Assembly: GCA_050633305.1 (NCBI GenBank) | Contig: JBOEGF010000005.1 | Span: 192,001 to 256,000 of the forward strand | Length of the DNA: 64,000 bases | Direction: 5' to 3' | DNA from: Nannocystales bacterium | GTDB taxonomy: Bacteria; Myxococcota_A; Polyangia; Nannocystales; Nannocystaceae | Shown here: positions 19,357 to 29,524 of the stretch, piece by piece | How positions within the stretch are numbered: the first letter of the stretch is position 1 | How the letters are laid out: the number at the start of each line of letters is the position of its first letter | Notes under the pieces: generated by a model | What the model was told of the DNA's origin: nothing | Databases searched by the model: none | What the model saw: the letters and a program-made list of their open reading frames with translations, nothing else | Translations under genes and position numbers: made by a program

Positions 19357-20526
19357 TCACTCACAGAACGCGCGGTGCAACGCCTGCGTCAGCGCTTCCA
19401 CATCCGCGTCGTCGCAGAACAGGGTCGCCCGCAGCGGAGATGTCGCCATCGCCTTCAGGGACACGCCCATCCCCGCGGCAACCGAGCGAGCTTTCGAAAG
19501 CTTGGCTGCGTTGCGGCCCACGAAGTCTCCCACCAACGAGACTGCGCCGCAGCACTCCTCGATCTCGACCTGACCGATGAGCTTGGTGCGGAGGTTTGGC
19601 CAGTCATGCACGTCGTCGAGGCCGAACCACAGGTCAGCGATCTCGTGGTCGGCATCCATGTGCAGGACTGGCAGTGACGCATCAGCGGCCGCCGCGAGCA
19701 TGCGGTCCATGCTCTGCGCCCCGCTGGCACGCAGCCGGACCAAGTTGCGTTGGGCACTGACGCCGGTCACGGCATGGTCCCGGGATGCATCGGTCGGGCG
19801 GTCGATTCGGGTTCCGCCGACGCTACCGCCGTTGGTCGCTCGGGCCCACAGCGCGACGCCCTGTTCCCGGGCGAACGCGACCGACTCGGCGTGAAGCACC
19901 CGGGCGCCGTGAGAGGCGAGCTCGAGCATGGCGTCGTGGGTGATCGTCTCGATCAGTTTCGCCGCGTCGACGATGCGAGGGTCCGTGGTGTAGATGCCAT
20001 CGACATCGGAGCAGATCTCGCAGTACTCCGCCCCGAGTGCTCCGGCGAGCGCGACGGCTGTCGTGTCGGACCCTCCGCGGCCCAGGGTGGTGACTTCGCG
20101 TTGATACGAGACCCCTTGAAAGCCGGCGACGACGACGACCTTGCCTCGCGCCAGCTCGTCAGCGACCCGAAACGGGCGCACTTCGATGATCCGTGCGCCC
20201 GAATGTCGGGCGTCGGTGATGATCCCCGACTGTGAACCCGTGAGCGACACGGCGTCGACGCCCACCTCGTGCAGAGCCATGACGAGCAGGGCCATGGAGG
20301 CTCGCTCTCCACAAGACAACAGCATGTCCAGTTCACGGCGCGAGGGAGAGCCACTGATGTCCTTGGCCCGTTCGAGCAGCTCGTCGGTGGTCTTGCCCAT
20401 CGCCGAGACGACGACGACGACGTCGAACCCGCGGTCTTTCGTTTCGCGAACCCGCTGCGCAACCGTGCGGATCTTGTCGGTGTCGGCGACGGATGATCCC
20501 CCGTACTTCTGCACGACGATGGCCAT
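19357..20526 (-). CDS. lysC: Aspartate kinase
   Basis: [42 protein letters not shown]-terminal ACT-like region. Confidence 0.95.
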   Translation of the reverse strand: MAIVVQKYGGSSVADTDKIRTVAQRVRETKDRGFDVVVVVSAMGKTTDELLERAKDISGSPSRRELDMLLSCGERASMALLVMALHEVGVDAVSLTGSQSGIITDARHSGARIIEVRPFRVADELARGKVVVVAGFQGVSYQREVTTLGRGGSDTTAVALAGALGAEYCEICSDVDGIYTTDPRIVDAAKLIETITHDAMLELASHGARVLHAESVAFAREQGVALWARATNGGSVGGTRIDRPTDASRDHAVTGVSAQRNLVRLRASGAQSMDRMLAAAADASLPVLHMDADHEIADLWFGLDDVHDWPNLRTKLIGQVEIEECCGAVSLVGDFVGRNAAKLSKARSVAAGMGVSLKAMATSPLRATLFCDDADVEALTQALHRAFCE

Positions 20527-20563
20527 GTGCCGAGGGTACTACCGGCGCTGGAAGAACCAACGC

Positions 20564-20590
20564 AAAACGCCGCAGGGGTGACCTGCGGCG
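20564..20590 (-). terminator. Rho-independent terminator candidate downstream of 20613..21761
   Basis: Minus strand: CGCCGCAGG-TCACC-CCTGCGGCG (9-bp stem) followed by TTTT. Confidence 0.65.
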
Positions 20591-20612
20591 CTTGAAGCGA
20601 AGTGCGAAACGA

Positions 20613-21761
20613 CTAGGCGTCGTCGGACTCAGCGGCGGGCGCTTCATCGCTGGCAGCTTCGGCTGCCGGAGCTGCACCCTCGTCGTCTTCAGCAGCTGGG
20701 GCTTCAGCAGCTGGGGCTTCAGCAGCTGGGGCTTCAGCAGCGGGGGCTTCGGCGGCACCGGACGTGTCCGGGACGACGACCAGCGGCGTCGAACGACCCA
20801 GGACACCTTCGGCCCGCACGCGAGCGAGGTGCTCGGCAGCAGCGGGTCGCTGGGTGATCCAAATCAGGTCGTAGATGTCGAGCAAGTCGTGCGGGGGAGC
20901 GCCCGTATCGGACAGCGCATCACGCAACGACTTCACCATCTCCAGGTAGCCGCGGTAGACGCGGGCGGTCGGGAGCTTGGTGGGCCGGATGGGCTTGGTC
21001 GTGCAGTCGGCCTGCTTGGTGAAGACGCTGGGCTTCACGCAGGTGTGCTCCTTGGGGTGCACGAGCGCGAGCGGAGCGGTGATGACGGTCCAAGGTACCC
21101 GCGGCCACAGCATCGACATGGCTTGCGTCAGGTCGGTGAATCGCTTGGCGAGGTCCTCGATTCCCCAGAGCATCGCGTGGAGTGCTCGGGTGAAGGCTTC
21201 GCCGCCGACACCTTTGCGGTACGGCTCGAGCTGGGCCTTGGTGACCAGGTCGGTGGCACCGAGGACTTCGACGAGCGTCTCTTGCAGCTCTTTGTGCGCG
21301 CCCTCTTCGAGGTAGCGGTCCATCTCCGACTTGGAGAGCCGCTCTTGGGCCTCGAGGATCGCGGGGACGCGGTGACGCTTGAGGCGACGTTTGCCTTCCT
21401 TGCCCCGGTAGCCCTTCACCCATGCATCCGAGCCAAACGCTCCGGGATACTGAGCGAGGAACACGGCAAGTTGCTCGTCGAAGGTCATGGCATCCAACTT
21501 GTCGTCGGCATCCCCGCCTTGCAGTCGAGCGATCGCAGCGATGAGCACGGAGTCCGAGTCGGGCTCCTCATCGGTTCTGCTGAGCAGCTTGTAGTAGGGC
21601 TCGGCGATGACGCGCTCCTTGCCGTCTTCGAACTTGTACGCTCGCTTTCCGTCTCGCTCCCACAGGATGAGCGCGAGTCCCCACTCTTGCTTGCGGGTGT
21701 GACGGTAGAAGGAGATCTCTTCGCTCTCGTTCGCCGGATCTGTGGTGACCTCTGACGTCAT
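20613..21761 (-). CDS. Hypothetical protein with small N-terminal beta (SH3-like) domain and Ala/Glu/Pro-rich tail
   Basis: 382-aa ORF with typical codon usage, GGAAAG RBS-like sequence and downstream terminator. Confidence 0.8.
   Translation of the reverse strand: MTSEVTTDPANESEEISFYRHTRKQEWGLALILWERDGKRAYKFEDGKERVIAEPYYKLLSRTDEEPDSDSVLIAAIARLQGGDADDKLDAMTFDEQLAVFLAQYPGAFGSDAWVKGYRGKEGKRRLKRHRVPAILEAQERLSKSEMDRYLEEGAHKELQETLVEVLGATDLVTKAQLEPYRKGVGGEAFTRALHAMLWGIEDLAKRFTDLTQAMSMLWPRVPWTVITAPLALVHPKEHTCVKPSVFTKQADCTTKPIRPTKLPTARVYRGYLEMVKSLRDALSDTGAPPHDLLDIYDLIWITQRPAAAEHLARVRAEGVLGRSTPLVVVPDTSGAAEAPAAEAPAAEAPAAEAPAAEDDEGAAPAAEAASDEAPAAESDDA
20687..20750. repeat. 15-bp tandem repeat, about 4 copies, encoding (PAAEA)n
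   Basis: gcttcagcagctggg at 20701 and 20716, variant at 20731, near-complete copy at 20687. Confidence 0.9.
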
Positions 21762-22022
21762 GACTTTCCTTGCTCGGCCGTTCTGGAGTGAGTCGAAGGG
21801 TGCAAGCGATTGTCCGAGTTACACAGAAGCGCGACTCGGGCTGACCCAACCGATGCGCGGACCGTAACACAGCATCGTTCGGGGCCCAACCGTGGCCTTT
21901 GAACACGGTTTTTGGGCTGGACTCCCTTGACCCGATAGCGACAGTAGATGCGAGGACCGCGCGGGAATCCCCGCGGATCTACATGGAGCCGCGCGGCGGG
22001 AGATACTGCGGTCGAAACCGCC

Positions 22023-24503
22023 ATGAAGGTCGCTCGAGATCCAGCATTCGAAGCTTTTGTAGAAGGCCTGCCTCGGGACCACGCAACGCGCGTGAAGTCC
22101 ATTCGCGATGGTCAGTTGGTCCCCGGGGGCAGGGCGCATGTCCGTCTGTTCGAGCGGGTTGGCGGGGGTCGGCCGCACCCCCGACTGCACATCGAAGTAC
22201 CGCCCGCGACTGACCCCATCGCCCCGCGGGTCTGGATTGGGACACCCGAAGAGACACCAAAAACACCGGCTGAACTCGATGCGTGGGCCCGGGCCGAGCT
22301 CGCGGGAAACCTCGCAACAATCTCTGGAGGTGATCTCGATCCCAGCCTCGCACCTCAGGGGTCGGAGCGGTACTGGCAGCACAGCATCCGGGTTCAGCGA
22401 ACCGCGGCTTTCTTTGAGCAGCTTCGCGCCGCGGTCGCAGGCTGGTCGTGGAGCGATGCCGATGCCGCGGCCGCGGTGGTGCGCGTGCTCGAGGACGAAG
22501 CGTTTGCGACGACGATCGCATTCGACGACGCGGACACCGGCACCTACCACAGCTTCGGGCACGACGCGCCGTTCGTGCACTACCTCGAGGCGATGTTGCA
22601 GTCCCTACCCGCGGAGGGCTCCGAGGCGATCGCGTTGATCTCCGACGCATCGGCAGCGTCCGTTCGGCGGCAACGCGCGCAGGCACAAGCGCACCTCGAT
22701 CATCTCATGCGGCACAAGTACGCGTACGAGGTCGTGCAGGAGACGGACATCGAGCGGACGGTCGGTGGGTTTCTGATCGAGCGTGCGTCGCGAAACATCG
22801 TGTCCGAAGTCCCGGGCGCCGATACGCTCTCCCCTTCGTACGAGCTGCTTCGGATCGACCCAGGGGCGGAGCACGATGAGGCCGGTGCGTGGGTCTACCG
22901 CGATGGGCAAGGCGCGATCCGGCTGCAAGATGGCACCGCCGTCGCGGTCGAGACCGGCGAGCTTCGGTCGGCTCCCGTCGACGCGGCCTCGCTGACGTTT
23001 CGGCGCGCGGTTGGAGAACCCCGGTTGCGTGCGGACATGCGCTTGGACTGGGACGGCAACGGCCACGTTCAACCGGGCCGCATTGAGTGGGTGTCGTGGG
23101 CCGGACACTGCGACGTCAAAGCCGTGCTCGAGCAACTCGGCATCACATTGACGGAATCGCCACCGCCCTCGGTGCGGGAGTATCGCTCGGACACGGGCAA
23201 GACCCAGGTGTACAGCCGCGACCTGTTGCTGGAGATGCTCGCGAGCGTCGTGGAACTCGGCTCGGTCTACCGCCGCCTCGACGGGACCGGTAGGCAGTCC
23301 AAGGGCCTGCACCTGTTTGGGGGCTCGCGCAACGATGAGCGGCCCGATCGTATCCAGTGGGCGGGACCGGCCGCAGGACGAGGCTTTCGGTGGCCACTGG
23401 GAGGCCGTTCGGATGCGATGCGGGTCTCTGCGATCACGTGGTCCGACGGCTCCCGTGCCGATATGGACACGGCGTTCTATCGCCGGATTCCAGACACGGA
23501 GGCGACGACGTTCGCGTCCAACCCCCGGTACCTCAAGACGGTCGAAGGGGATTATAACCTGCTCGATATCTCGGGCGCTCGGCTCGAGCTCATGGTGAGC
23601 GCCGACGACGTCGACCCGCAGACGGGGTTCATTCGCTCGGCTCGTGTTGCGTCGAGCCTCGACCTCTCCAAGGACGCGGTGGGGCCCGAAGATGGGATGT
23701 TCTTCCTGGGTACCCATGTCGACGATGCCGCAGCCCGTCGGCTGTTTCGCGTGTATTGGGATCCTGCCTCGAACTCGATCGTGGCCAGGTTGTTCGAGTA
23801 CACGTGGGGAGGGGAGCGTTGGGAGGCGCAACGGCTTGGCGGCGAGGACATTCGTCTGCCGATGGCGGCGCCAACAGTGGTCACGCTCAGCCGCGAGATG
23901 AAGCGCGACAACCCCGAGCAGTACCAGACGCTACTCGACGTCGCGCTGCGGCAGGGCAAACACATCTGCGCCGACACAGACAAAGATGCGGCGGTCTGGA
24001 ACGGGGTCGTGACTCACCTGGGGGCGAGGAAGGTCGCCGACAACGTCGAGGCGAAGACCGAGCATTGGGAGGTCGACGTCAAGGCGCGCTTCGGGAGCGC
24101 CAAGCTGTCCTACCTGCTTCGGCGGGACGACCGCGGAGAACCGCTGGAGTACTGCCCCGCATCTGCGGACGGGTCGCAGGACGCGTGGCCGGACTTCTTG
24201 TGGCACGACGTTCCCGACGTTGGGTCGAAGGCGTTCTCCGAGGGAGCGTGGGTCGTGAACGAGACGATGCTCGAACGTGGTGTCGTGACCGTCAGTCAGG
24301 ACCCGTCTGTGGCCGGAGCCGCCTACGTTCACGACGACCACGTCAAGAATGTGTTCGAGCTACTCTACTGCGGCCTTGGAGCCGTCCGGCATACGATCGT
24401 GCACGACAACAAGCGATACGGGTTCTCGGATGTTGCTGCGTGGGAATCGGCGGTCGCCGAGCTCGACACCCGCCGCGCGCGGGTCCGATTCGAGACCATT
24501 TAG
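22023..24503 (+). CDS. Large hypothetical protein with transglutaminase-elicitor (GP42)-like motifs
   Basis: 826-aa ORF; WAGHCD, ADTDKDAAVWN and WPDFLW occur in the order of the GP42-family motifs; ORF solid, family call tentative. Confidence 0.6.
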   Translation: MKVARDPAFEAFVEGLPRDHATRVKSIRDGQLVPGGRAHVRLFERVGGGRPHPRLHIEVPPATDPIAPRVWIGTPEETPKTPAELDAWARAELAGNLATISGGDLDPSLAPQGSERYWQHSIRVQRTAAFFEQLRAAVAGWSWSDADAAAAVVRVLEDEAFATTIAFDDADTGTYHSFGHDAPFVHYLEAMLQSLPAEGSEAIALISDASAASVRRQRAQAQAHLDHLMRHKYAYEVVQETDIERTVGGFLIERASRNIVSEVPGADTLSPSYELLRIDPGAEHDEAGAWVYRDGQGAIRLQDGTAVAVETGELRSAPVDAASLTFRRAVGEPRLRADMRLDWDGNGHVQPGRIEWVSWAGHCDVKAVLEQLGITLTESPPPSVREYRSDTGKTQVYSRDLLLEMLASVVELGSVYRRLDGTGRQSKGLHLFGGSRNDERPDRIQWAGPAAGRGFRWPLGGRSDAMRVSAITWSDGSRADMDTAFYRRIPDTEATTFASNPRYLKTVEGDYNLLDISGARLELMVSADDVDPQTGFIRSARVASSLDLSKDAVGPEDGMFFLGTHVDDAAARRLFRVYWDPASNSIVARLFEYTWGGERWEAQRLGGEDIRLPMAAPTVVTLSREMKRDNPEQYQTLLDVALRQGKHICADTDKDAAVWNGVVTHLGARKVADNVEAKTEHWEVDVKARFGSAKLSYLLRRDDRGEPLEYCPASADGSQDAWPDFLWHDVPDVGSKAFSEGAWVVNETMLERGVVTVSQDPSVAGAAYVHDDHVKNVFELLYCGLGAVRHTIVHDNKRYGFSDVAAWESAVAELDTRRARVRFETI

Positions 24504-24563
24504 GACCTCCGCTCCTCGGTCCGGACGCCCCCCGCGCTGAGCCGGCCTTGATACGATATCCGC

Positions 24564-25238
24564 ATGGTGTGGCGGATGGCGTTTGGGGTTGGCGTTGTGG
24601 TGGCGGCGGTTTCAGGTTCTGCGGTGGCCGCCGAACCGGTGACCACCGCGGCACCGCAATCGGCGAGCTCCGTCGCGCATCGCTCCTCTGCGCGCCGTTC
24701 CGACCCATGGGGGGCCAGTCAAGACTCGGTCTATGTGCGGCTGGAAGCCGATGGCATCGGCACGCCCGGTGTCTGGCCGAACCCTTCGCTTGGGGGGGAG
24801 GTCGCGATTCTGGCCGGTCGGCCGAACCTGCATGCTCGGGTCGGGGTCGGGGCGATGGCCACGCCGACGTTCACGCTCGGCGAGCGAGGGAAGATCGGAA
24901 CGGTTCTCGAGACGAGTGATATCGAGGGCTGCGCGGCGTCCCACCACCGCGTGCACCGCGTACGACTGTGCGCCGGGATGCAGGCTGGCGTCATGCACCT
25001 TCGGTGGGGCGGTTTTGCCAATCCTGGGCGGCGGGACCTCCCTTGGGTGGCGGTCGTGGGCGGGGGCAGCTACGCGATCGCACTCGGCCGGGTGGTGGAC
25101 CTCCATGCGGGGATCGGTCTGGGTACGCCGGTCGTCCGCCCTCGCCTCGTCACGCGAAGTCGGGGCGCGATCGACGTCGAGCGGTCGGGGTTCGTATTCT
25201 CGACGTTCCGGATCGGGCTCGGCTTCCGGCTCGGCTAG
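24564..25238 (+). CDS. Exported protein, probable small outer-membrane beta-barrel
   Basis: Signal peptide, alternating amphipathic strands, terminal FRIGLGFRLG. Confidence 0.6.
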   Translation: MVWRMAFGVGVVVAAVSGSAVAAEPVTTAAPQSASSVAHRSSARRSDPWGASQDSVYVRLEADGIGTPGVWPNPSLGGEVAILAGRPNLHARVGVGAMATPTFTLGERGKIGTVLETSDIEGCAASHHRVHRVRLCAGMQAGVMHLRWGGFANPGRRDLPWVAVVGGGSYAIALGRVVDLHAGIGLGTPVVRPRLVTRSRGAIDVERSGFVFSTFRIGLGFRLG

Positions 25239-25346
25239 CAGGGCGACCGGACCCCCAGCCCGGTCGACGCGCCGCCCCGGTGAGATCCGGGTGTGATCGG
25301 CCAGGGCTCGACCTGTCGGCGGGCTCTAGCGTACCCTTGCAGACAT

Positions 25347-26648
25347 ATGCCCCGAACAGACACGATCCGGGGATCGACACTCTGCGACTCCAGTCGGATC
25401 GCCGCCGCGCCGGAGCAGTCGCGGCTGGTGTTTGTCGGCTCCCCCGAGGACGGGTTTCGGAACGCCGGGCGGTGTTTTCCCCTGGCGGGGCTGCGTCGGG
25501 TCGAGTTCCGCCGGGCCGCCGGCGGGGTGCTCTCGTCGAGCATCGATGACGGTGTCCTACGGATCGGTATGCCTCACCCCTGGGTGAGCAGCCATCACGC
25601 TGATCTCGAACTCGACGGCAAGGCCGAGTTGGTCGACCTGGAGAGTCGCAATGGCACGCTGCTCGAGGGCGACATGATCGAGCGAGCGGTCCTGCACTCG
25701 GGCGACATCTTCGAGGTTGGTCGATGTTTCTTCGCGCTGCGGCAGACCCAGGCTCCGGTGCATGCGTCGACCTCGGAACTCCAGCAGGTTGCGCACCCCG
25801 ACTATGCGGCGCGGATGCACGCGCTCGAACGACTCGCGCCGACCCGGGTTCCACTGTTGCTCATCGGCGACACTGGCACCGGAAAGAGCGCCTTGGCGCA
25901 GGCGCTTCATCGTGCGACGGGTCGAGGCGGTCCCTTCGTCGCGCTGAATATGATGGCTCGGTCGGTCGAGCCGAGTCTCCTCGGCGAGGGCGACGCCCTT
26001 CTTGGACGGGCTCGGGGAGGAACCCTCTTTCTCGACGACGTTGGCGCACTGTCGACCGAAGAACAGGGACGACTGCTTTCGGCATTGCTCGGCTTCATGT
26101 TGCCCGACTCCGATGCGTTGCACCTTCCCGAGGATGGGGTGCGGGTGATTGCGGCTGCGAGCAGCAATCTCCATCGACGGGCCGCAGAGGCAACATTTCG
26201 CCCCGACCTCTACGCGCGGCTCGCCGGGTACGAGTGCCGGATTCCGCCCCTGCGCGAGCGCCCCGAGGACTTGGGGCTGCTGGTACGACGCATCTTCGAG
26301 GCCGCGGGCGTTCCGCAGCAGCGGATCAAGGTGGATGTGTTTCGGACCATGCTGGCGCAGGAGTGGCCGTTCAACGTTCGCGAGTTGAACAACTGTGTGA
26401 GTGCCGCGCTGGCACTGTGTGAAGATGCCGCACCGATCACCGCCGCGATTTGGCGGGAGGTCCAATGGCCCAACGCCGGAGTTCCTGCCGCGCCTCGGCT
26501 GGCTTCTGTCCGCGAGACGATCATTCGGGAGCTTGCCGCGCACCGAGGGGACAAGAATGCTGCCGCAAAGAGCCTGGGTTGTGCGATGGTCGACATCGAC
26601 CGGTGGCTGAGCCGGTTTGATCTGGTACCCGAGCAGTTCGCCAGTTGA
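25347..26648 (+). CDS. FHA-domain, sigma54-activator-like AAA+ transcriptional regulator (GAFTGA absent)
   Basis: FHA VSSHHA..DLESRNGT; Walker A GDTGTGKS; GGTLFLDDVG; FRPDLYARL; PPLRERPED; WPFNVREL; C-terminal HTH. Confidence 0.9.
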   Translation: MPRTDTIRGSTLCDSSRIAAAPEQSRLVFVGSPEDGFRNAGRCFPLAGLRRVEFRRAAGGVLSSSIDDGVLRIGMPHPWVSSHHADLELDGKAELVDLESRNGTLLEGDMIERAVLHSGDIFEVGRCFFALRQTQAPVHASTSELQQVAHPDYAARMHALERLAPTRVPLLLIGDTGTGKSALAQALHRATGRGGPFVALNMMARSVEPSLLGEGDALLGRARGGTLFLDDVGALSTEEQGRLLSALLGFMLPDSDALHLPEDGVRVIAAASSNLHRRAAEATFRPDLYARLAGYECRIPPLRERPEDLGLLVRRIFEAAGVPQQRIKVDVFRTMLAQEWPFNVRELNNCVSAALALCEDAAPITAAIWREVQWPNAGVPAAPRLASVRETIIRELAAHRGDKNAAAKSLGCAMVDIDRWLSRFDLVPEQFAS

Positions 26649-26734
26649 GGTTCTCGGAGCCGTTACGACCGGTTTGACGGTAGGTCGAAACTGGAACTGC
26701 ACGCTGCCGTCCCGCGCAACATACTCACTCTTCG

Positions 26735-29518
26735 ATGGCCAAGGATCGGGAACGCGGCGGATTGGGCTCCGCCGACGGCGTGTCGCCCCCGACGCGCTTG
26801 GGCCGTTACACACTGCTGGACCGGATCGGACGTGGAGGATTCGGGGTGGTGTACCGAGCGCTCGACCCCGTGCTGGCGCGCGAAGTCGCGACGAAGCTGC
26901 TGCGCTCTCGGAAGGGGGCTGACGGACTCCGCGATGCCGACGCTCTGATTCACGAGGCGCGCATGACCGCGCAACTCCAACATCCTCACGTCGTTCGCAT
27001 CTTCGACGTTGGCCGCATCGAGGGGGACGCGTCTGCCTACGGTGCCGACGTGTTCATCGTGATGGAGTTGCTCGATGGCAAGCCGCTCAACCAGTGGCTG
27101 CGACATCAGGCCCGGGACGCTCGAGAGATCGTAGAGGTCTTCCTTCAAGCCGCCGACGGGCTCGCGGCGGCGCATCAACATGGCATCGTCCACTGTGATG
27201 TGAAGCCGGCGAATGTGTTCGTGACCCACGACGGTCAGGCCAAGGTGCTGGACTTCGGCCTCTCTCGGCACACCTCACTACGCACCCGGACGATGACTCA
27301 GACCGACCGACCTGCGATGGAGTCGGGCGCGCATCGCATCGTGGTGGGAACCAAGCTCTACATGGCTCCCGAGGCGCATGAGGGAGGGGAACTCGACGCC
27401 GCGGCGGACCAGTATTCGTTTGCGTTGGCGCTCATCGAAGCGCTCGCCGGGGAGATTCCGTTTTCACGTCAGGGCAGAGGGATCTTGGTCGGGGAAAAGC
27501 TGCAAGGCATCTCGGCATCCTGGCTCAAGGCCCGTGGCGTTCCCCGTGAGCTGGGCTCGATCCTTCTACGCGCGACGAGTCCGGATCCCACGCATCGGTA
27601 CCCGGGCATGGACTCGTTGGCAGGCGAGCTGCGCGGTTGGCTGAGCCCCCGGTCGCTGTGGCGGTGGGGTGCGGTCGCGGGCCTGACCGTGGTTGCGCTG
27701 GGGGCCGCGATGTCAGCGGCTGCAGATGCGGAGCCGTGCGAGCTGCAGCCCACCGCCGCGTCAAGGCGATGGAGCGAGTCGCGGGCGGTCGTCGCCGCGC
27801 GGTGGCCACAGGGCGACCCGACGGGGGGGCACGAGCGCTTTTCCGGCGAGATCGACACATTCGTGGCGCAATGGACCGAGTCGGCCGAAGCCGTTTGCTC
27901 GGCCGATGAGAGCCCCGTCGTTGGACTCGACCATGCGCAAACCTGTCTGCGTGAGCGGCTGGGGCGGTTGGATGCCGTGCTGTCGATCGTGGAGGCTGCG
28001 GACGACCGTGTGCTGCTTCGGATCCCCGAGCTGGTGACGCAATTCGTCCCGCCCTCGTATTGCCTCGACCCCAGCCGCGCGCACGAGCTTCCACCGACGC
28101 CCAAGAGCGTTCGAGACCAGAAGACCGTCGCGGGGGTTCGGGACCTTCTCTCGCGCGCGCGTGCCAACCATGCCGCAGGCACCTATGCAGAAGGACTCCG
28201 GCTGGCCAAGCGCGGTCTTGTCGGGGCGAACAGCGTGGGCTTCGAGCCGGCGCAGGCCGAGGCGATGTACGAAGTTGGGGTGCTGACCGTGGCCTCGGGC
28301 GACCTGGCAGGCGGGGCGGAGTACATTGAGCAGGCGTACCTCAAGGCCGAGGCGCGCAAGCAAGACCGGCTGGCAGCGGCGGCAGCGGTGAGGCTGGTCT
28401 CGATCCACGGGCGCTATCTGATGCAGGGAGAGCGGGCACGGGCGTGGGCGCGACGTTCGAGCATCGCGTTGGAGCGCTTGGCCGACAAGACCAAGTTCCG
28501 TGCGGCGCTCGAGTACAACCTCGGGTTGCTCGAGCACGCGGGCGGGTCGTTGGACCTCGCCAGGGACCACTTCCAGCGTGCCCTGTCGCTCTACGAGAAG
28601 AGAGGGGATGAACGCGACGCGCGGACCTGCCGGATGTCGCTCGGTGTGATCGAGGAGATGAAGGGGGAGTCAGAGACGGCGCTCGCGTTGTTCCGCGAGG
28701 CGTACTCCGATGCTCGTACATCTTTGGGGCTCCACCACCCTGATACCGCGACGGCGCTGACGACCGTCGCAGGCGCCCAGTCTTCGCTCGGCCAGCTGCT
28801 CGTTGCGCGTGAGAACTTCGAGACGGCGCTCGACGTGTTCGAGCAAACATTCGGCCCCGAACATGACACGGTGGCCGCCACGCTGACGAACGTCGGCGCT
28901 GTGGAGTTCGAGCTCGCACACTACGACAAGGCGCTCGTACACCACGAGCGGGCCCTCGAGATCTACGAGGCCCTGCTTCCCATGGGGCACCCCCGGGCGG
29001 CGACAGCGGTTGAGAACATTGCGGCCGCGCACGCACGTATGGGTTCGTTTGAGAAGGCCCGTGAGGGGCATGCTCGCGCGCTGGAGATGAAGCGCCTGCA
29101 CCTCGACCCGACGAGTCCGATGCTTGCACACGCCCACGCGAATCTGGGGCTCGCGCTCGCGAATCTCGGCCGTCACGAGGAGTCGCTGCAGGAGTTCGAT
29201 ACCGCCTGGGGCATCCTCCGGGTGGCCACGACGAACGCAGACCGAGCGAGCGTGCTGTTCTTGCGTGCGAAGGCGCGGAAGCTGGCCGGGGTGCGGCCGC
29301 TGGACGATATCCGCCGGGCGATCGCAGGGTTTGAGGAGGGGCGGGCGAAGTCCGATCTTGCGGAGGCGAAGTTCGAGCTCGCGCAGTTGCTGCTTGAGGA
29401 TGACCGCACCGAGGCTGTCGATGCGGCACGTGAGTCACTGGCCCTGTTCCGCTCGATGGGCGCAGATCTGCGGGCGGCTCCAGTGAGGGATTGGCTGTCG
29501 GCGCACGATTCGATCTGA
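26735..29518 (+). CDS. Ser/Thr protein kinase with TM segment and TPR repeats
   Basis: GRGGFG, ATK, HCDVKPAN, DFG, GTKLYMAPE; G..HP.TA-type TPRs. Confidence 0.93.
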   Translation: MAKDRERGGLGSADGVSPPTRLGRYTLLDRIGRGGFGVVYRALDPVLAREVATKLLRSRKGADGLRDADALIHEARMTAQLQHPHVVRIFDVGRIEGDASAYGADVFIVMELLDGKPLNQWLRHQARDAREIVEVFLQAADGLAAAHQHGIVHCDVKPANVFVTHDGQAKVLDFGLSRHTSLRTRTMTQTDRPAMESGAHRIVVGTKLYMAPEAHEGGELDAAADQYSFALALIEALAGEIPFSRQGRGILVGEKLQGISASWLKARGVPRELGSILLRATSPDPTHRYPGMDSLAGELRGWLSPRSLWRWGAVAGLTVVALGAAMSAAADAEPCELQPTAASRRWSESRAVVAARWPQGDPTGGHERFSGEIDTFVAQWTESAEAVCSADESPVVGLDHAQTCLRERLGRLDAVLSIVEAADDRVLLRIPELVTQFVPPSYCLDPSRAHELPPTPKSVRDQKTVAGVRDLLSRARANHAAGTYAEGLRLAKRGLVGANSVGFEPAQAEAMYEVGVLTVASGDLAGGAEYIEQAYLKAEARKQDRLAAAAAVRLVSIHGRYLMQGERARAWARRSSIALERLADKTKFRAALEYNLGLLEHAGGSLDLARDHFQRALSLYEKRGDERDARTCRMSLGVIEEMKGESETALALFREAYSDARTSLGLHHPDTATALTTVAGAQSSLGQLLVARENFETALDVFEQTFGPEHDTVAATLTNVGAVEFELAHYDKALVHHERALEIYEALLPMGHPRAATAVENIAAAHARMGSFEKAREGHARALEMKRLHLDPTSPMLAHAHANLGLALANLGRHEESLQEFDTAWGILRVATTNADRASVLFLRAKARKLAGVRPLDDIRRAIAGFEEGRAKSDLAEAKFELAQLLLEDDRTEAVDAARESLALFRSMGADLRAAPVRDWLSAHDSI

Positions 29519-29524
29519 GCGGGC

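Noticed and set aside
20687..20750. Short tandem repeats here and at 30767-30817 as CRISPR-like arrays
   Set aside because: In-frame 15-bp coding repeats, with no spacers and no cas genes
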